Assembly: GCA_030704615.1 (NCBI GenBank) | Contig: CM060731.1 | Coordinates: 11,594,001-11,658,000 of the forward strand | Length of the DNA stretch: 64,000 nucleotides | Reading direction: 5' to 3' | Source: Takakia lepidozioides | Taxonomy: Eukaryota; Plantae; Bryophyta | In this document: positions 40,340 through 51,745 of the stretch, one piece after another | Position numbering within the stretch: position 1 is the first letter of the stretch | Layout of the letters: every line of letters starts with the position of its first letter | Made by a program: the position numbers and the translations under genes | Notes under the pieces: generated by a model | What the model was told of the DNA's origin: nothing | Databases searched by the model: none | The model's input: the letters and a program-made list of their open reading frames with translations, nothing else

Positions 40340-40700
40340 CAAACCTCCCTGACTCTTCTCATATCCATTGTGCATTCATCTACAGTGTATTCATGCGTGC
40401 TCCATTCATGAATTTTTTCCTTTGTTCAACATCCATTGTACATTCATCCTTTGTACTCTTTAATCCACCCCACAAACCTTCCACACTCATTTCATATACG
40501 TTGTGCATTCGTCAAAAGTTTTGGTCATGCATCTTCCTGTCATGAATTTTTGTCATTGCTCAACATCCATTATACATTCATCCATTTTACTCTTATCCAT
40601 CCCTCATTCATCCATCTACATTCATTTTTCACACTCATCCATCTGTTTATCATCCAACTGTACATTCATCCATCCTTTATTCAATGCATTTTATTATGTC
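40340..40700. repeat. Low-complexity CATTCATC(C)-rich tract
   Basis: Many imperfect CATTCAT/CATCCAT units. Confidence 0.6.
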
Positions 40701-41608
40701 GTCCAGCTTGTTTCCGCGGTAAAGGTGTCAATCCGCGGGAATACACTCCACTTCTTTCTGGGCGCGTGGTGACGCGACCTTCACGTGTGATGACGTGGAG
40801 TGAGCCCCGTGACGTGGCGTGAGCGCAGTTGCGCCCACGCGCTCACGTGACCAGGCTCACGCCGAGGCATCCCTGCGCAAGGACAGACTGATGACTGAGG
40901 TTAAGCAGACTGACGAAGAGACTAAGGTGAGTGCGGAGTCTGATGACGTGCCGCGACGTGATTGGGCCTCCTTACCGCCGTCGCTGCATATATAGCTTCC
41001 AGCAGACTTAAACCTAATGACAAACGGCCGAACAGACCCACTGCAAACAAACTTGCGCAACAACAGACTCGTATGCCACTACACGGACAGTCTAGCAAAC
41101 GGAAGGTTCAACAGACTGACGAAGAGACTGGCGCAGAGTAATTTGCGCGACAACAGACTGATTTCTAATAGACTAATATCCCAAAAGACAAAGTATCCCC
41201 TAGGCGGCCGGGTGATACGGGAGTAAACCGTAAACCGCGTCCAGCAGACTTACACGTGATAATAATTACGGCTCAACAGACCCAGCGCAAACAGACTTGC
41301 GCCACAGTAGACTGACTTTGTGACAGTCCAGCTGACTGGTATCAGAAGAGACGGACAGACCAACAGTCCGACGGCTCAGCAGACTCACGACAATGCGGAT
41401 AATTAAAAGGTAGTAGTTAAACGGACTCATATCCGAAGAAACGGACTTCCAGCTGACCAACGGTTCAACAGACTGACGAGAGAAGAGACTTTGGGGATAA
41501 GACGAGAAAAGATACTTCGGAATTCGACAGGCAGTGATGGCCCAGTAGTCCAGTGAAGAACAGACTCACGCCACACCAGACTTGTATCCTTACAGACCAA
41601 CAGTCCAA

Positions 41609-44600
41609 TCCGGGGTTATAAACAATGTAAATTGTGTTTGGGTGATTGGTGCTTAGAACATAGGCTGGTTGCCCAGGATGGAACGGAAGAGTGACATTGC
41701 AAGCTGGGATATCGCGTGCCGCAAGCACAAAACTGGACATATACTTTTCCTGTTTGTCATTCCTTATGAATCTGTGTGTTTTCAGGTGAATTGCATACCA
41801 GTAGTGTGTTAGCACACGGCCCGTGAATTCCCATATGAGCCAATCCACTCTACGCCCAGTCATTTTGCCTTTCTCCCTCCTCAGTCTTGCCTTCAAGTTT
41901 CCATGGTATGCCTCAATGCTAGCATTGGTGTCTTGACTGGCATGCGGAACATGGCGAACTGCTGTACACCACATTGCTATTTTAGGACGCCATTCCTTAT
42001 CGATGTAGTCCAGAAATTCATGCCCATTCGGATATTTCTTTCTCATGCGTCGGAGCGTCGTTGCTATCCATGCAAGACCTTCTTTGGGATTGATTGGTCC
42101 ACCTCTACAGTACATGAGGTCTCCCATATCTTTCAGCAAATTTGCGGCAGTGATAGAATCTTTGGTTTTCGCGCATGATTGCTCCACCCAAGCCCGCCGG
42201 ACATGCCAAAGGCACAGGAAAATTAGCACTCCTCGAAAAATAGCCCTGCAAAGTACACATGCCCACATGAGAGACTTCAAAGAGGACTTGGCCGGTGGAT
42301 TTGGGCACTAACCCAGTACACTGTCTAGTTGACTGGTCTGCCCGTCTGTTCCAAACGGATTCAGGCAGCAGACTCGCCCACTCTGACCTGCCATGAGTAT
42401 TGCCCTCACGACACCGCCAGCAGACCTGACCACGCTGACCTCGCAGCGGACTTACGTAAGTGAGTCTTGCAACGGACTTGGCTAGAGGGCATCCCGACCG
42501 GACTGGGTTGCCAGCAGACTTGCGAACAGTCCCCTCCGGCAGACTCGCCTGCCAGCGGACCAGAGTGAGGTCGCAGTAGACTGGTGCACGTGAGTCTTGC
42601 AGCGGACTGCTTGCGAACAGTCCCCTCTGGCGGACCTGCCTGCCAGCGGACTTGCTGGACCAGACTGAGGACGCAGCAGACTGACGCACGTGAGTCTTGC
42701 AGCGGATAGCTTGCGAACAGTCCCATCCGGCGGACTCACCTGCGAACGAACTTGCTCGACCAGACTGAGGTCGCAACAGACTGGCACACGTGAGTCTTGC
42801 AGTGGACTGCTTGCGAATAGTCCCCTCCGGCGGACCTGCCTGCCAGCGGACTTGCTGGACCAGACTGAGGTCGCAGCAGACTGACGCACGTGAGTCTTGC
42901 AACGGACAGTTTGCGAACAGTCCCCTCCGGCGGACTGACCTGCCAGCGGACTTGCCCTTATGAGACCGGCAGTAGACTTACCCAGACGTTGCTGGCAGCA
43001 CACCCGAGCAGACTGACCTTGCAGTGTACTTGCGCAAGTGAGTCTTCCAGCGGACTTCGCTAGAGGACATTACCAGCGGACTGGTTTGTCAGCAGACTTG
43101 CAGAAATGAATGGGCCGGACTTGCAGCCAAGACTGCGTTGTATGACAGGGGACTTGCCGAAGAGACAAACAATGGACGCAGACGACGGACTTGCACGTGA
43201 GTGTACATGAGGGTACGTGAACTTACGTAATGGCGTTTATTTCGGCGTCGGCATCGTCCACAATGAAGGCATTGGGTCGCCCGTCCGGCATTTCTGCGAG
43301 GAGAGAGTCCCGCAAGGCTGCCATCCACGGCACCAGGTCTGTTGTCCGCTCACGCGCGCACATGATGTACGCAACTGGTATACCGTTCAGCCACTCGTCG
43401 AAGACCATCAACGTGTACAATGAGAACTGTTCAAATGCAGAATGTCAGATGCTGCTAGTGTGCATACATCCACTACTTCTGCAAGTGGATAAATTGTGAA
43501 AGGGATGAAGAGTACCTTATGGTGATTTGTCCCGAAGGTTGCATCGTATGCAACGATACGGGCATGGCCTAATTGAAGCATTCGCTTCTTCTGCCACTCA
43601 GTCTGTATGCCAATTGTGAATGTCAAGTCGCCATCGTAGTGCTTGAATGTTGGCGCCAATTTTTTCTCTTGATAGAAGAAGACCGATTTCGGGTTCTGGT
43701 CTTTCCACATGCGGACACTCTCCGCATCGTTGGCATATTTTTTGAACGTTTGCCACGCCCGCTTCTCGGCCAGGTTGCGCACATTCTGCTCTAGCAAAAA
43801 ACCATCTCATGTCCATGCATCCCCCAACCCGGTGTTGTTCATGACGTGCTCTTTATGTTCCATCATGATTTGGGCGACTGACAGGCCTCGGCACAGACAC
43901 TCCATGACCCATGCTTTCAATTTCTCGCTAATGTGTGGTGCATAGGCGTGGCGAGTGTTCCTGAACTCAACGGACTTCCCATGACATGGGTTCCCTTTCG
44001 CGTCTGTATGCTCCATATTGTTGTAGTACGTGAGGACACAAGTGTCGGGGACGAGATAGCATTGTTGGACCTTGAAATAGCACTGACAACCACGCTTATA
44101 AGACTCTCCATATTCCGACTTCTTTATCCTTGGGCCTTTATGTGGGTGAGATGTTCCAGCACCCAGAAGAGGTCCTCCACGTTTCAGTTTGGGATCCTCC
44201 ACTATCGCATTGTTGGTGCGCTTGTCATCAGGACCATAGCAGCATTGATACCTAGACATAAAAATCACAATGGATATCCATCGAATTCTGGAAGCATGAA
44301 ATCACAGAACGTGCGTACGAAAAATAACAACAGACATGCAATCAGACTACAAAAGGACGATGAGGATGGAGCACACATGATACTGTTCAGAGAACTGCTG
44401 GCTCTCGGCTCTTTTAGTATGCCGGGTTGCACTTTAGTATGAACATTCACCCAAAACTAAGTGGGGTAGTCCACCAAACTCTCCTCTCCAAAGAGAAAGT
44501 CATCAACTCTATCCCACGGTATGCAGGCCTTCAGAACATTCTGTCTAACACCCATATAACCATATTGCGTGTTTTTCTTCCATTGGAGGTCCTTCTTGTT

Positions 44601-44699
44601 GAAGGGTCCTGGTTTGGGTATTTGCAAATTTTGTCGAAGAGGCCGTATAATCCAACATCCCGTTTTTAGTATATCATAACCTTCTGCTTCCATGTCCAT
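41609..44699 (-). pseudogene. N-terminal and catalytic part of MULE transposase 1 (plant SWIM-MULE type resembling the At1g60560/At4g13970 family)
   Basis: IPWDRVDDF; YQCCYGPDD; KRGCQCYF..H..PCHG; IGIQTEWQ..AYDATFGTN (D1); FIVDDADAE (D2); LCLWHVRRAW (CxxH); DTNASIEAYH (E). GT-AG introns 43515-43427 and 43226-42246. Stop at 44457. Breaks off at VYNPG (41609). Confidence 0.88.
42500..42955. repeat. 100-bp tandem repeat (about 4.5 copies) in the large intron of transposase 1
   Basis: TGAGTCTTGC recurs at 42591, 42691, 42791, 42891 with similar intervening sequence; degenerate flanking copies at 42461 and about 43040. Confidence 0.9.
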
Positions 44700-45049
44700 G
44701 CCATGTACAGTACAGAGGACACGCTTCAAAACCTGCAAGAAACGCGCCGCAGTACACTGGACACGATGGACAACGTGCAAGAAGCATTGGTGCACACATT
44801 CGCGGCTGCTGGCAAGTGGCAAGCGGCAGGGATAAGGTTTAAATTCATGCCCTAAAAATGGAGGGCTCAGATGGCATTTGCGAACGGACGATCCAGATAC
44901 GGTATCATCAGTGGACTGGAGGAAAGCGGACTCATGGGCGGCGGACTGGCGAGCACATTGTTGGGTGGACTGGCCGGGACTGGCATGGATGACGGGGATG
45001 GGTTTCTCAGAATGGACGATCCAGATCCTTCGGCCGACGCAGACTGGCA

Positions 45050-45367
45050 GACTGGCAGACTTGGGGGCAGCAGACGGGCACAACGGACTGTTGGGTGGAC
45101 TTGCGGGGACTGGCACAACGGACTGGTGGTTTGGCGGACTGAGGGGAACTGGACTCACGAGCAACGGACTGGCGGGCCGACTGGCCGCGCCGGACTGGGG
45201 GCGCGGCCGAGCGCGGGCGGGTCTGGTGGGGCCGCGGCAACAGGTGGGCGACCGCGCGCAGCGGCGGGCGGGGGATCCGGGTGGGAAGAGCTGGGCGTCC
45301 GTGCGCGGGGCCCACCGGTCAGCTCGGGCGTGCACCATAACGTCCCAATTATTGTAAAATGAGAGGC
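45050..45367 (-). repeat. Right TIR of the giant MULE
   Basis: Ends ...CCATAACGTCCCAATTATTGTAAAATGAGAGGC followed by TATATATAT. Confidence 0.9.
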
Positions 45368-46932
45368 TATATATATCACCTATTGTATTTGGGGGCCTTC
45401 CAGTTGGCTATAGGCACCCATCCACCCTAGGTTCTGCGTCAGAAGGTACGTCAGATAACAAAAGAACTGATTCAAAAGTGCTCAACACGATGGGTACGCA
45501 ATGTGCTTTACACGATGAACACACAATGTGCTTTGCGTGATTAGTATACCATGTATTTTCAAAACTTGAGATTGTGAGGTAAAGCTCCCCTTACCTTTCG
45601 CGTTAGCATGGTTGGAATTGCCCTCCAAGGCATGTTTTTTTTTCTTGCCAAAATGGAATACAGGGGCGTAAAAATAAATATATTCGCCGGAAAAGGCTAG
45701 TAGTTGAATATGAAGAGCCTGATTTCATAGGGTAGAATTTACCCCTATAGCGGTTTTGGAAAAATGAAAAAAAAACCACTGCAACAATGAGTCCTCCAAG
45801 GTAGGCACTGATTGCATTCTCTAAAGTGTGTGAGCGTGTGGCAGGCTTGGAAGACTCTACTCCAACAAAGCCAGGGGAAGAAAACACTAAACATCTGTGA
45901 GTAACTTGAAGGTAGGAGGACATGTACCGTGTGATACATTTGCTAGGTAGTGTAGGCGCACATATTAAGGATTTTTGAGGCAGATTATGCTGTTTAGAGG
46001 CAAATAGCAGAATACGACGTGCTGGTGCGGGGTGCCTAATCTGCTCGCCAGTGTGACTTTGTACTAGAGAACGGGCTGGGTAGGGCCGATTCTGCCCTGT
46101 AAGTGGCACTAGGCGAGACCCGTAGGCTGAGCCATATGACCGCGCACAAGTCAGAGTTGGCCCGTTCACGGGTGTTAAAAGCAGGTTGTGGAGTATTCTC
46201 GCCGCTACCTGGCACAATCTGATTGGTCTTGAATTATCCCATATCGATTGCCCATATTCAGAACCCCGTGGAGGATATAAACCGGGGTCAGCTTCAAAGG
46301 AATGGCAGGTGGGGTGATAGGTAATAACACGCACCTGGGTAGTTGCTATTTTGGGTGCATAATTGGCCATCCCAGCAGCTTCGGTCTGTCAAATCTGCAG
46401 TACACCCTGAGAATTAGTCTTAGAAAGCGGCATAATACTCCGCACCTGATTTTAACGTAAAGAGACCAGGGGCGCATAATCTGCCCCAAAACTCCTTAAT
46501 GGGCCTGCCGCTGGTGACTCTGTGGGTGCGCCGCCGGCTCGCCTGGCAGCTTACCCTGCAGAGTCGTCAGTGGCTTGCCCATTCCCTAATACATATCCAA
46601 CTCGGGTTTAAAAAGATACTTACCGGAGCTATTTATGCGCAATTAACATAACCAGGGTAGGAAAGAGACATGGTCATGCTCTTCACTTGAAGCCCAGGCT
46701 TTAGCATCTGTCCCCAACTAAGGAATAGTAAGACACGAATACAGAATCCTTATCCCCAACTATGGAGTTGTAAGACCCAAGTATGGAATCATTGGAATCG
46801 TATGACTCTTAAGCCTGGGCTTTGCCATGCATGCTGTTTTGGCCTGTCCGTGCGATTTTTCTGACCTTGGGACATAGCCGGAGTGAATTGGGCAACACAG
46901 ATTGGGCAACATAATGTATTTAACATCCTCAA

Positions 46933-47115
46933 AAGGCCCCAATCTGGATGGCTTGCCGCCATAATTGTAAAGATCTTTTTGGCCTTCTATTAGTGAGGAC
47001 TTCCTCCTGATGGCCAAGCTATCCTCTAAAGGCCCCAGGTCTGGATGGCCTGCTACTGGAATTCTACAGATCTTTTTGGCCTTCTATTAGTGAGGACTTC
47101 CTCCTACTGGCCAAC
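46933..47115. repeat. Direct duplication of about 96 bp
   Basis: AAGGCCCC..TCTGGATGGC...AGATCTTTTTGGCCTTCTATTAGTGAGGACTTCCTCCT occurs twice. Confidence 0.8.
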
Positions 47116-48949
47116 CACATTTTATCTAAATAAGCTATCTCAACTTTGAATCACTAAGCAGGAAGCGCTGATTCGAGATCAAACCTTTGAAGATCAGGCT
47201 TCTCCCTTGTATGGGAATGGCAGCTCTCTATAAGTGTTGATGGTCCTTCTGGGAGCTCTAGTCTCTGAAGGGCTTCATGCCACCTTTGATCAACGACCCT
47301 TTCTTTTGAAAAACAAAACAGTTAATAAAACATCTTGTGCCAGATGGCCGGTTTGTTGAAAACAGAGAAAAGAAAAAGAGAGAGAAATACCATATAGACA
47401 ACTTTCCAACCCACCTTTTGATCCAAAGAGAATCCAGGCATGTACATATGAGGCCGAACAGGGCTCAAGTGTTGCACATTGCCTTTGCTTGGGGCCTTGG
47501 GCTTGTTGTTCCATGAAGCCAGCCTGCTAATTATGAAGCTCATGTTCATTGTCTAGTGTTCAGCTAATGACTAAGATTATGAATCCAAGCTTCAGGACAC
47601 AGATTCTACATTTGTATTGTGACTTCTGACATCTACTTCGGCGCAAAAACAGATGCTGAAATTGCTATCACAAAAGACATGCCTATATGGCATACCCTAC
47701 ACAATATATAGACGCATTGCTGCCTGGGGGATTCGACTCCCCGACCACAAGGTATTTTACAAGGTATCCAATGTATAAGGATGGGGATTATATATTCCCC
47801 TGAGGAATTCTAGGAAATAAAAGTCACGGTTATGGGTGCAAATCCTGCTAGTTTGTGGGGTGTGGTGTAATCTTCTCCCACTTCTCTTGGGCAGTGTCCC
47901 ATGAGCCTTGTGCTCGGTGCCTCATGGCGATGTTGCTTTGAAAGAGGTTATTTTCTCCTCTCACTACATTTAAGTCGCCTGATTTGTGTGTGGTCACTCC
48001 CAGGTGTTTCCCTTTATAAGAAGAAAATAAAAAGAAAAAACAAATCTAATGTGTGTGCAGCAATGGCTGGGAAGTTGGAGCGGTCCATTGACACCAGCAC
48101 GCTCGTGCTTACCCATGTGAGTGGCAAGTTTGAGGAGCTCATTATGGACATTCAGTAAGCCTATTCATTTCTTCCTGTAGCCAACCTGCAATGTTCGACA
48201 GATAAAATGGAAGCTTCACAGTTTGTCAAAGTCACTTGCAACAATCTGCCGCATCAAGTCTACATGTCAAAGTTGAACAAAGCAGAGTAGAGCAAGAAAA
48301 CTGGTTCAACAGCATCGAATACCAGTAGAGTTCCAGCCATACAGCTTTCCTCACTGCAATAAAAACCAGTGTTTGGAAGCAAAAGAGTACCAACCAGGAA
48401 AGTGCACCTCTGTTCTGATTTTGTTTTGTTCATTACACAAGATTGTAGGAGGGCCAGTGGAAGTGGCCATGAGCTCCAACCACAGTAATGCCTCAACAAT
48501 CTACTGCTTCTGTGTGCAAGAGTCATATTCAAAAGCAAGATCTTAGTTAACGCAGATATTTGCCATTCACACATCTACTTCAGGAATGCATCAATCAAAT
48601 ATAGTTTGTTTGGCTTGCAAGCATGACGTGATTGTGTTCCCAAACTTGCTTTCCAACTATGAGATGATGGCAAGTGAAATACAGACATCTAGTGTCAGAG
48701 CATGAATGTGCTTGTGCTAGCCCTAGGTCACTAGTCACTACCTGAAGCCTCAGATGCCCCTTGTTCTCACTCAACTTCCAAACGATACGTTCTCTACTGA
48801 ATTGACCCACTCAGATAGTTGATGCACGTGAGTTGTCCTGAACGCATCAAGGAGGACGCCCGCGAGCACTTGCTGCCCCCGTCTTGCTATGTGTTTAAAT
48901 TGGCAGGCGACTTAAGACAATATCCACTAGTCTTAGGATTACATACCTG

Positions 48950-49165
48950 AATTGGAAGATTCAATTAAGGTCAGGAAAAATGAATTATACCATGTGGAAG
49001 AAGTACGTGCTGATGCAGCTGATAACATGACCAGAATTCAGATAAAGAGGAAGGATCAGTTTGATGAAGGCAAATTAAAGACTTTTAAGACAGGAAATTT
49101 GGTTCTGTGGTTGCATAAGAAGGGGAAGATTAAGGCTTCTAAGCTTAAATCACCATGGTCCAGGA
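48950..49165 (+). mobile_element. Possible Ty3/Gypsy integrase C-terminal remnant
   Basis: KTFKTGNLVLWL...SKLKSPW resembles the F..GD.V...KL.P.W.GP module. Confidence 0.4.
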
Positions 49166-50810
49166 CCTTGAGAATCTCTTCTACTCTCTTCTGCCAGGAC
49201 TTAGCCTGTTTGACAGGGCGGTCCTGTTTCCAAGATATAGAGTCGATTAACCTAGGATATCTGGTGTTGGGCATATGTTGCAGCTGACCCCACCATCTGA
49301 CCTTGAATTCATCTCGTCGGGAGCTTAAGGACGGAATGCCAAACTCACCCCGAACAGCCACATTGGCTGTTTTGGAGCATGCTGACATACACTCCTTAAG
49401 CACCCCAACTTGAATGGATTCTAGAGACTTAGCCTGGTTGGAGTTATCAACCCATATAGCAGATCCGTATTCCAAGGCAGGTCTAATAACGCGGCAAAGC
49501 ATGGTTTTCTTAACCTCAGAGTTGACCCCTCTGCAGTGGAAAAATTTAGTGAGCCCCAGAGCTTTGCCCTTGCCAGTTTGAACAACTTTCCGGATATGTG
49601 CATCCCAATTACAATTGGAGGAAAATTCAACGCCCAGGTAAGTGTAGGAAGGGAGGACCGGGATCTCTTGGCTACCCCACTGCCACTTAAGATCACTTCC
49701 TCCCTCTCCTCTGTCGTTGAATGCTACCACTGCACATTTGCTGACATTAGCCTCTAGCCCCCAAAGATCAAAGTATCTCTTCGCGCAATCAATCAACTCC
49801 TGGAGATTGGTTGGAGTCTCCCCTATGCCTGCGAAGTCATCCGCAAACATAAGGGCTGGTATGGTGGTATCACCCACCCTTAACCCAAATCCCTCACTTT
49901 CCACATCCTCGAGGAGTTGATTGATAAAAAACATTGAAGAGCAGAGGGGAGAGAGTACATCCTTGAGCAACACCTTGGTCTATGTCAAAGAAGTTGGACT
50001 TCTGTCCGGTAACAGTGACACAGCTTTTGGTGTGAGCATACAAGTTGTGGACAACTCTCCACATCTTTCCCTTGATCCCACAAGACCAGAGGCGGAACCA
50101 TAGGCCATCTCTCCACAGTGTCATAAGCCTTTTTGACATCCAGGAAAAAAACATAAGTGGGTTTCCCTTCTTCTTCCCTGGATAATCTGGTTTAGAGTGA
50201 AGATATGATCCACACAGCCCCTGTTTCGCCGAAAGCCAGCTTGGCCTTCGTGGAAACAACCTCTAGACTCCAGATCAACCTCGAGACGAGTACTTATAAC
50301 TCTGCAGAATGTCTTGCCAACAGCATTGAGGAGCGTGATGCCACGGTAGTTCCCCGGTTCTTCTCTGTCACCCTTCTTGTATAGATTGACAATGACCCCC
50401 TGTCGCCAGCGAAAGGGGATCATTTCAGTCTTCCAGATAAGGTTAAAGAGGAGTAGGGCCTCTATCATGGGATCGCCACCGTGCTTGATAAGCTCGTTGA
50501 CAATACCATCAGGTCCACCAGCTTTATATCCATTTAAATGTTCAATTGCTTCCACAATCTCAGAAGAACTAATGGGAGCGTTATAAGCCATTGAAATATA
50601 CTCCAGTTCATCAGGGCTGTTGTGAATCATAGGAACAGTTTTTCCAACTGTGTCCCTCCATTCAGCAGAAGACCCCTCACTGTTAGACGAAAGAGTAGGA
50701 GAGAATATGCGAAGTGCAGGCATGGTCTACGATACCTCATAGTGGGACGGATCAAACTTCCAAGGTTCTGGAAAGTATTCTGGATTCCAATGAAGAGGGC
50801 CCAGTGATGC
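49165..50810 (-). mobile_element. Truncated, frameshifted non-LTR retrotransposon (LINE) reverse transcriptase
   Basis: KAGGPDGI, LYKKGD..PGNYRGITLL, QAGFR..R.CVDHIF, GVAQGCTLSPLLF, LMFADD, YTYLGV across three frames. Confidence 0.9.
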
Positions 50811-51274
50811 CCAGACTTTCCATCCATTTGGTTTGGAACACCCTGCACACACCAGGGCCTTTCATGTTTCAGACATCATGAAGTTCCAAGCACAATTTGT
50901 GGGCCTTTCTTCCTTATCCCTCTGGAGGGCATTTCACAGCATACAAACTAGGTACCCTGGTCTTCTTTTCCAGGTAAGCAGTACATTGCACTCACCTAGA
51001 AGGGGCAAAACATGCAAATATGAGGTCTGGTGTCATGATTCGAAGGGGAGGGAAAAAAGGGAAAGCAAATAATAAAGGAAACACAACCAGCAAGGACTGG
51101 TGGAGAGAAGAAACAATGTAACTATACAAGCTGGACAATAAATGAAGAGCAGCGCCACTGTGAGAGTAAGTTCTGAGTTGACTGTGGTGCTTGACATGCA
51201 CAAGTTTCATAATCCAGTGATTTCAGGCGAAAGAGGCATGAGAACGAACCGAGTCAAGTGTGTACGTAATGTGG

Positions 51275-51745
51275 AAAAACCACAAGAACAAACTCCATCT
51301 TAGAAGTGGTGGCAGCGGTTGATTGGCATTGCGTGCAATGATTGCTCGGCCAACTATCTTTGAGATGACCTCGGTGGCAGTGTGACAGTCACCACGCACC
51401 CGAAGGTTCTTGATGTAGTGGATAGGCCTGCATCCCAGGCGGTATGCTGATCAGCCCAAAAGCAATGGCCAGTTTCTCACTGTGGTGGCAAAGAGAAAAT
51501 TCCTTTTGCTACTCCTCAACATCATGCAATACAAACCCCGTGTCAGAGATGTATGCAGCCACTCAAGACAGTCTCTGCAGCTCAGCATGAATTTCTTTAC
51601 ATTGTGGATGAAAAATGTCTTCTACAACAAATGTGTGCACTTTGTTGTTAACGTCAATGCAGCTGTGTCCTGGCTCCTTTCAGATATCTCTGTCCTCCAT
51701 CATTTTTCTCACCTTCGCTTTATCCTCCCACCTTCCAGCTGCAGT
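51275..51745 (-). pseudogene. Decayed E2/DYW tail of the preceding PPR gene
   Basis: After the stop: [56 protein letters not shown], then a frameshift before KNLRV..GDCH. Confidence 0.9.

Larger units (their letters stand above)
10031..45367. mobile_element. Giant (35,337 bp) composite Mutator-like element (MULE)
   Basis: TIRs start GCCTCTCATTTTACAATAATTGGGACGTTATGG at 10031 and as the reverse complement ending at 45367, with similarity over ~290 bp plus a further block (10511-10545 vs 44985-45018). 9-bp direct repeat TATATATAT at 10022-10030 and 45368-45376. MULE transposase next to the right TIR. Confidence 0.9.

Noticed and set aside
19325-40798. TGACGTGG as an 8-bp TSD for the inner element
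   Set aside because: The motif also occurs at 19039 and 40810, and the enclosed ends form no TIR; not decisive.
40816-40860. Helitron 3' hairpin
   Set aside because: No CTRR terminus at the expected distance and no Rep/helicase sequence.
44700-45379. Long overlapping ORFs at the right end (and 10041-10412 at the left end)
   Set aside because: GC-rich TIR sequence lacking stops; no protein features.
45603-46370. 255-aa minus-strand ORF
   Set aside because: No recognisable motif; composition looks like non-coding repeat DNA.
47715-47755. tRNA gene or SINE
   Set aside because: Only a T-arm-like hairpin (GGGGATTCGACTCCCC); no cloverleaf or A box found.
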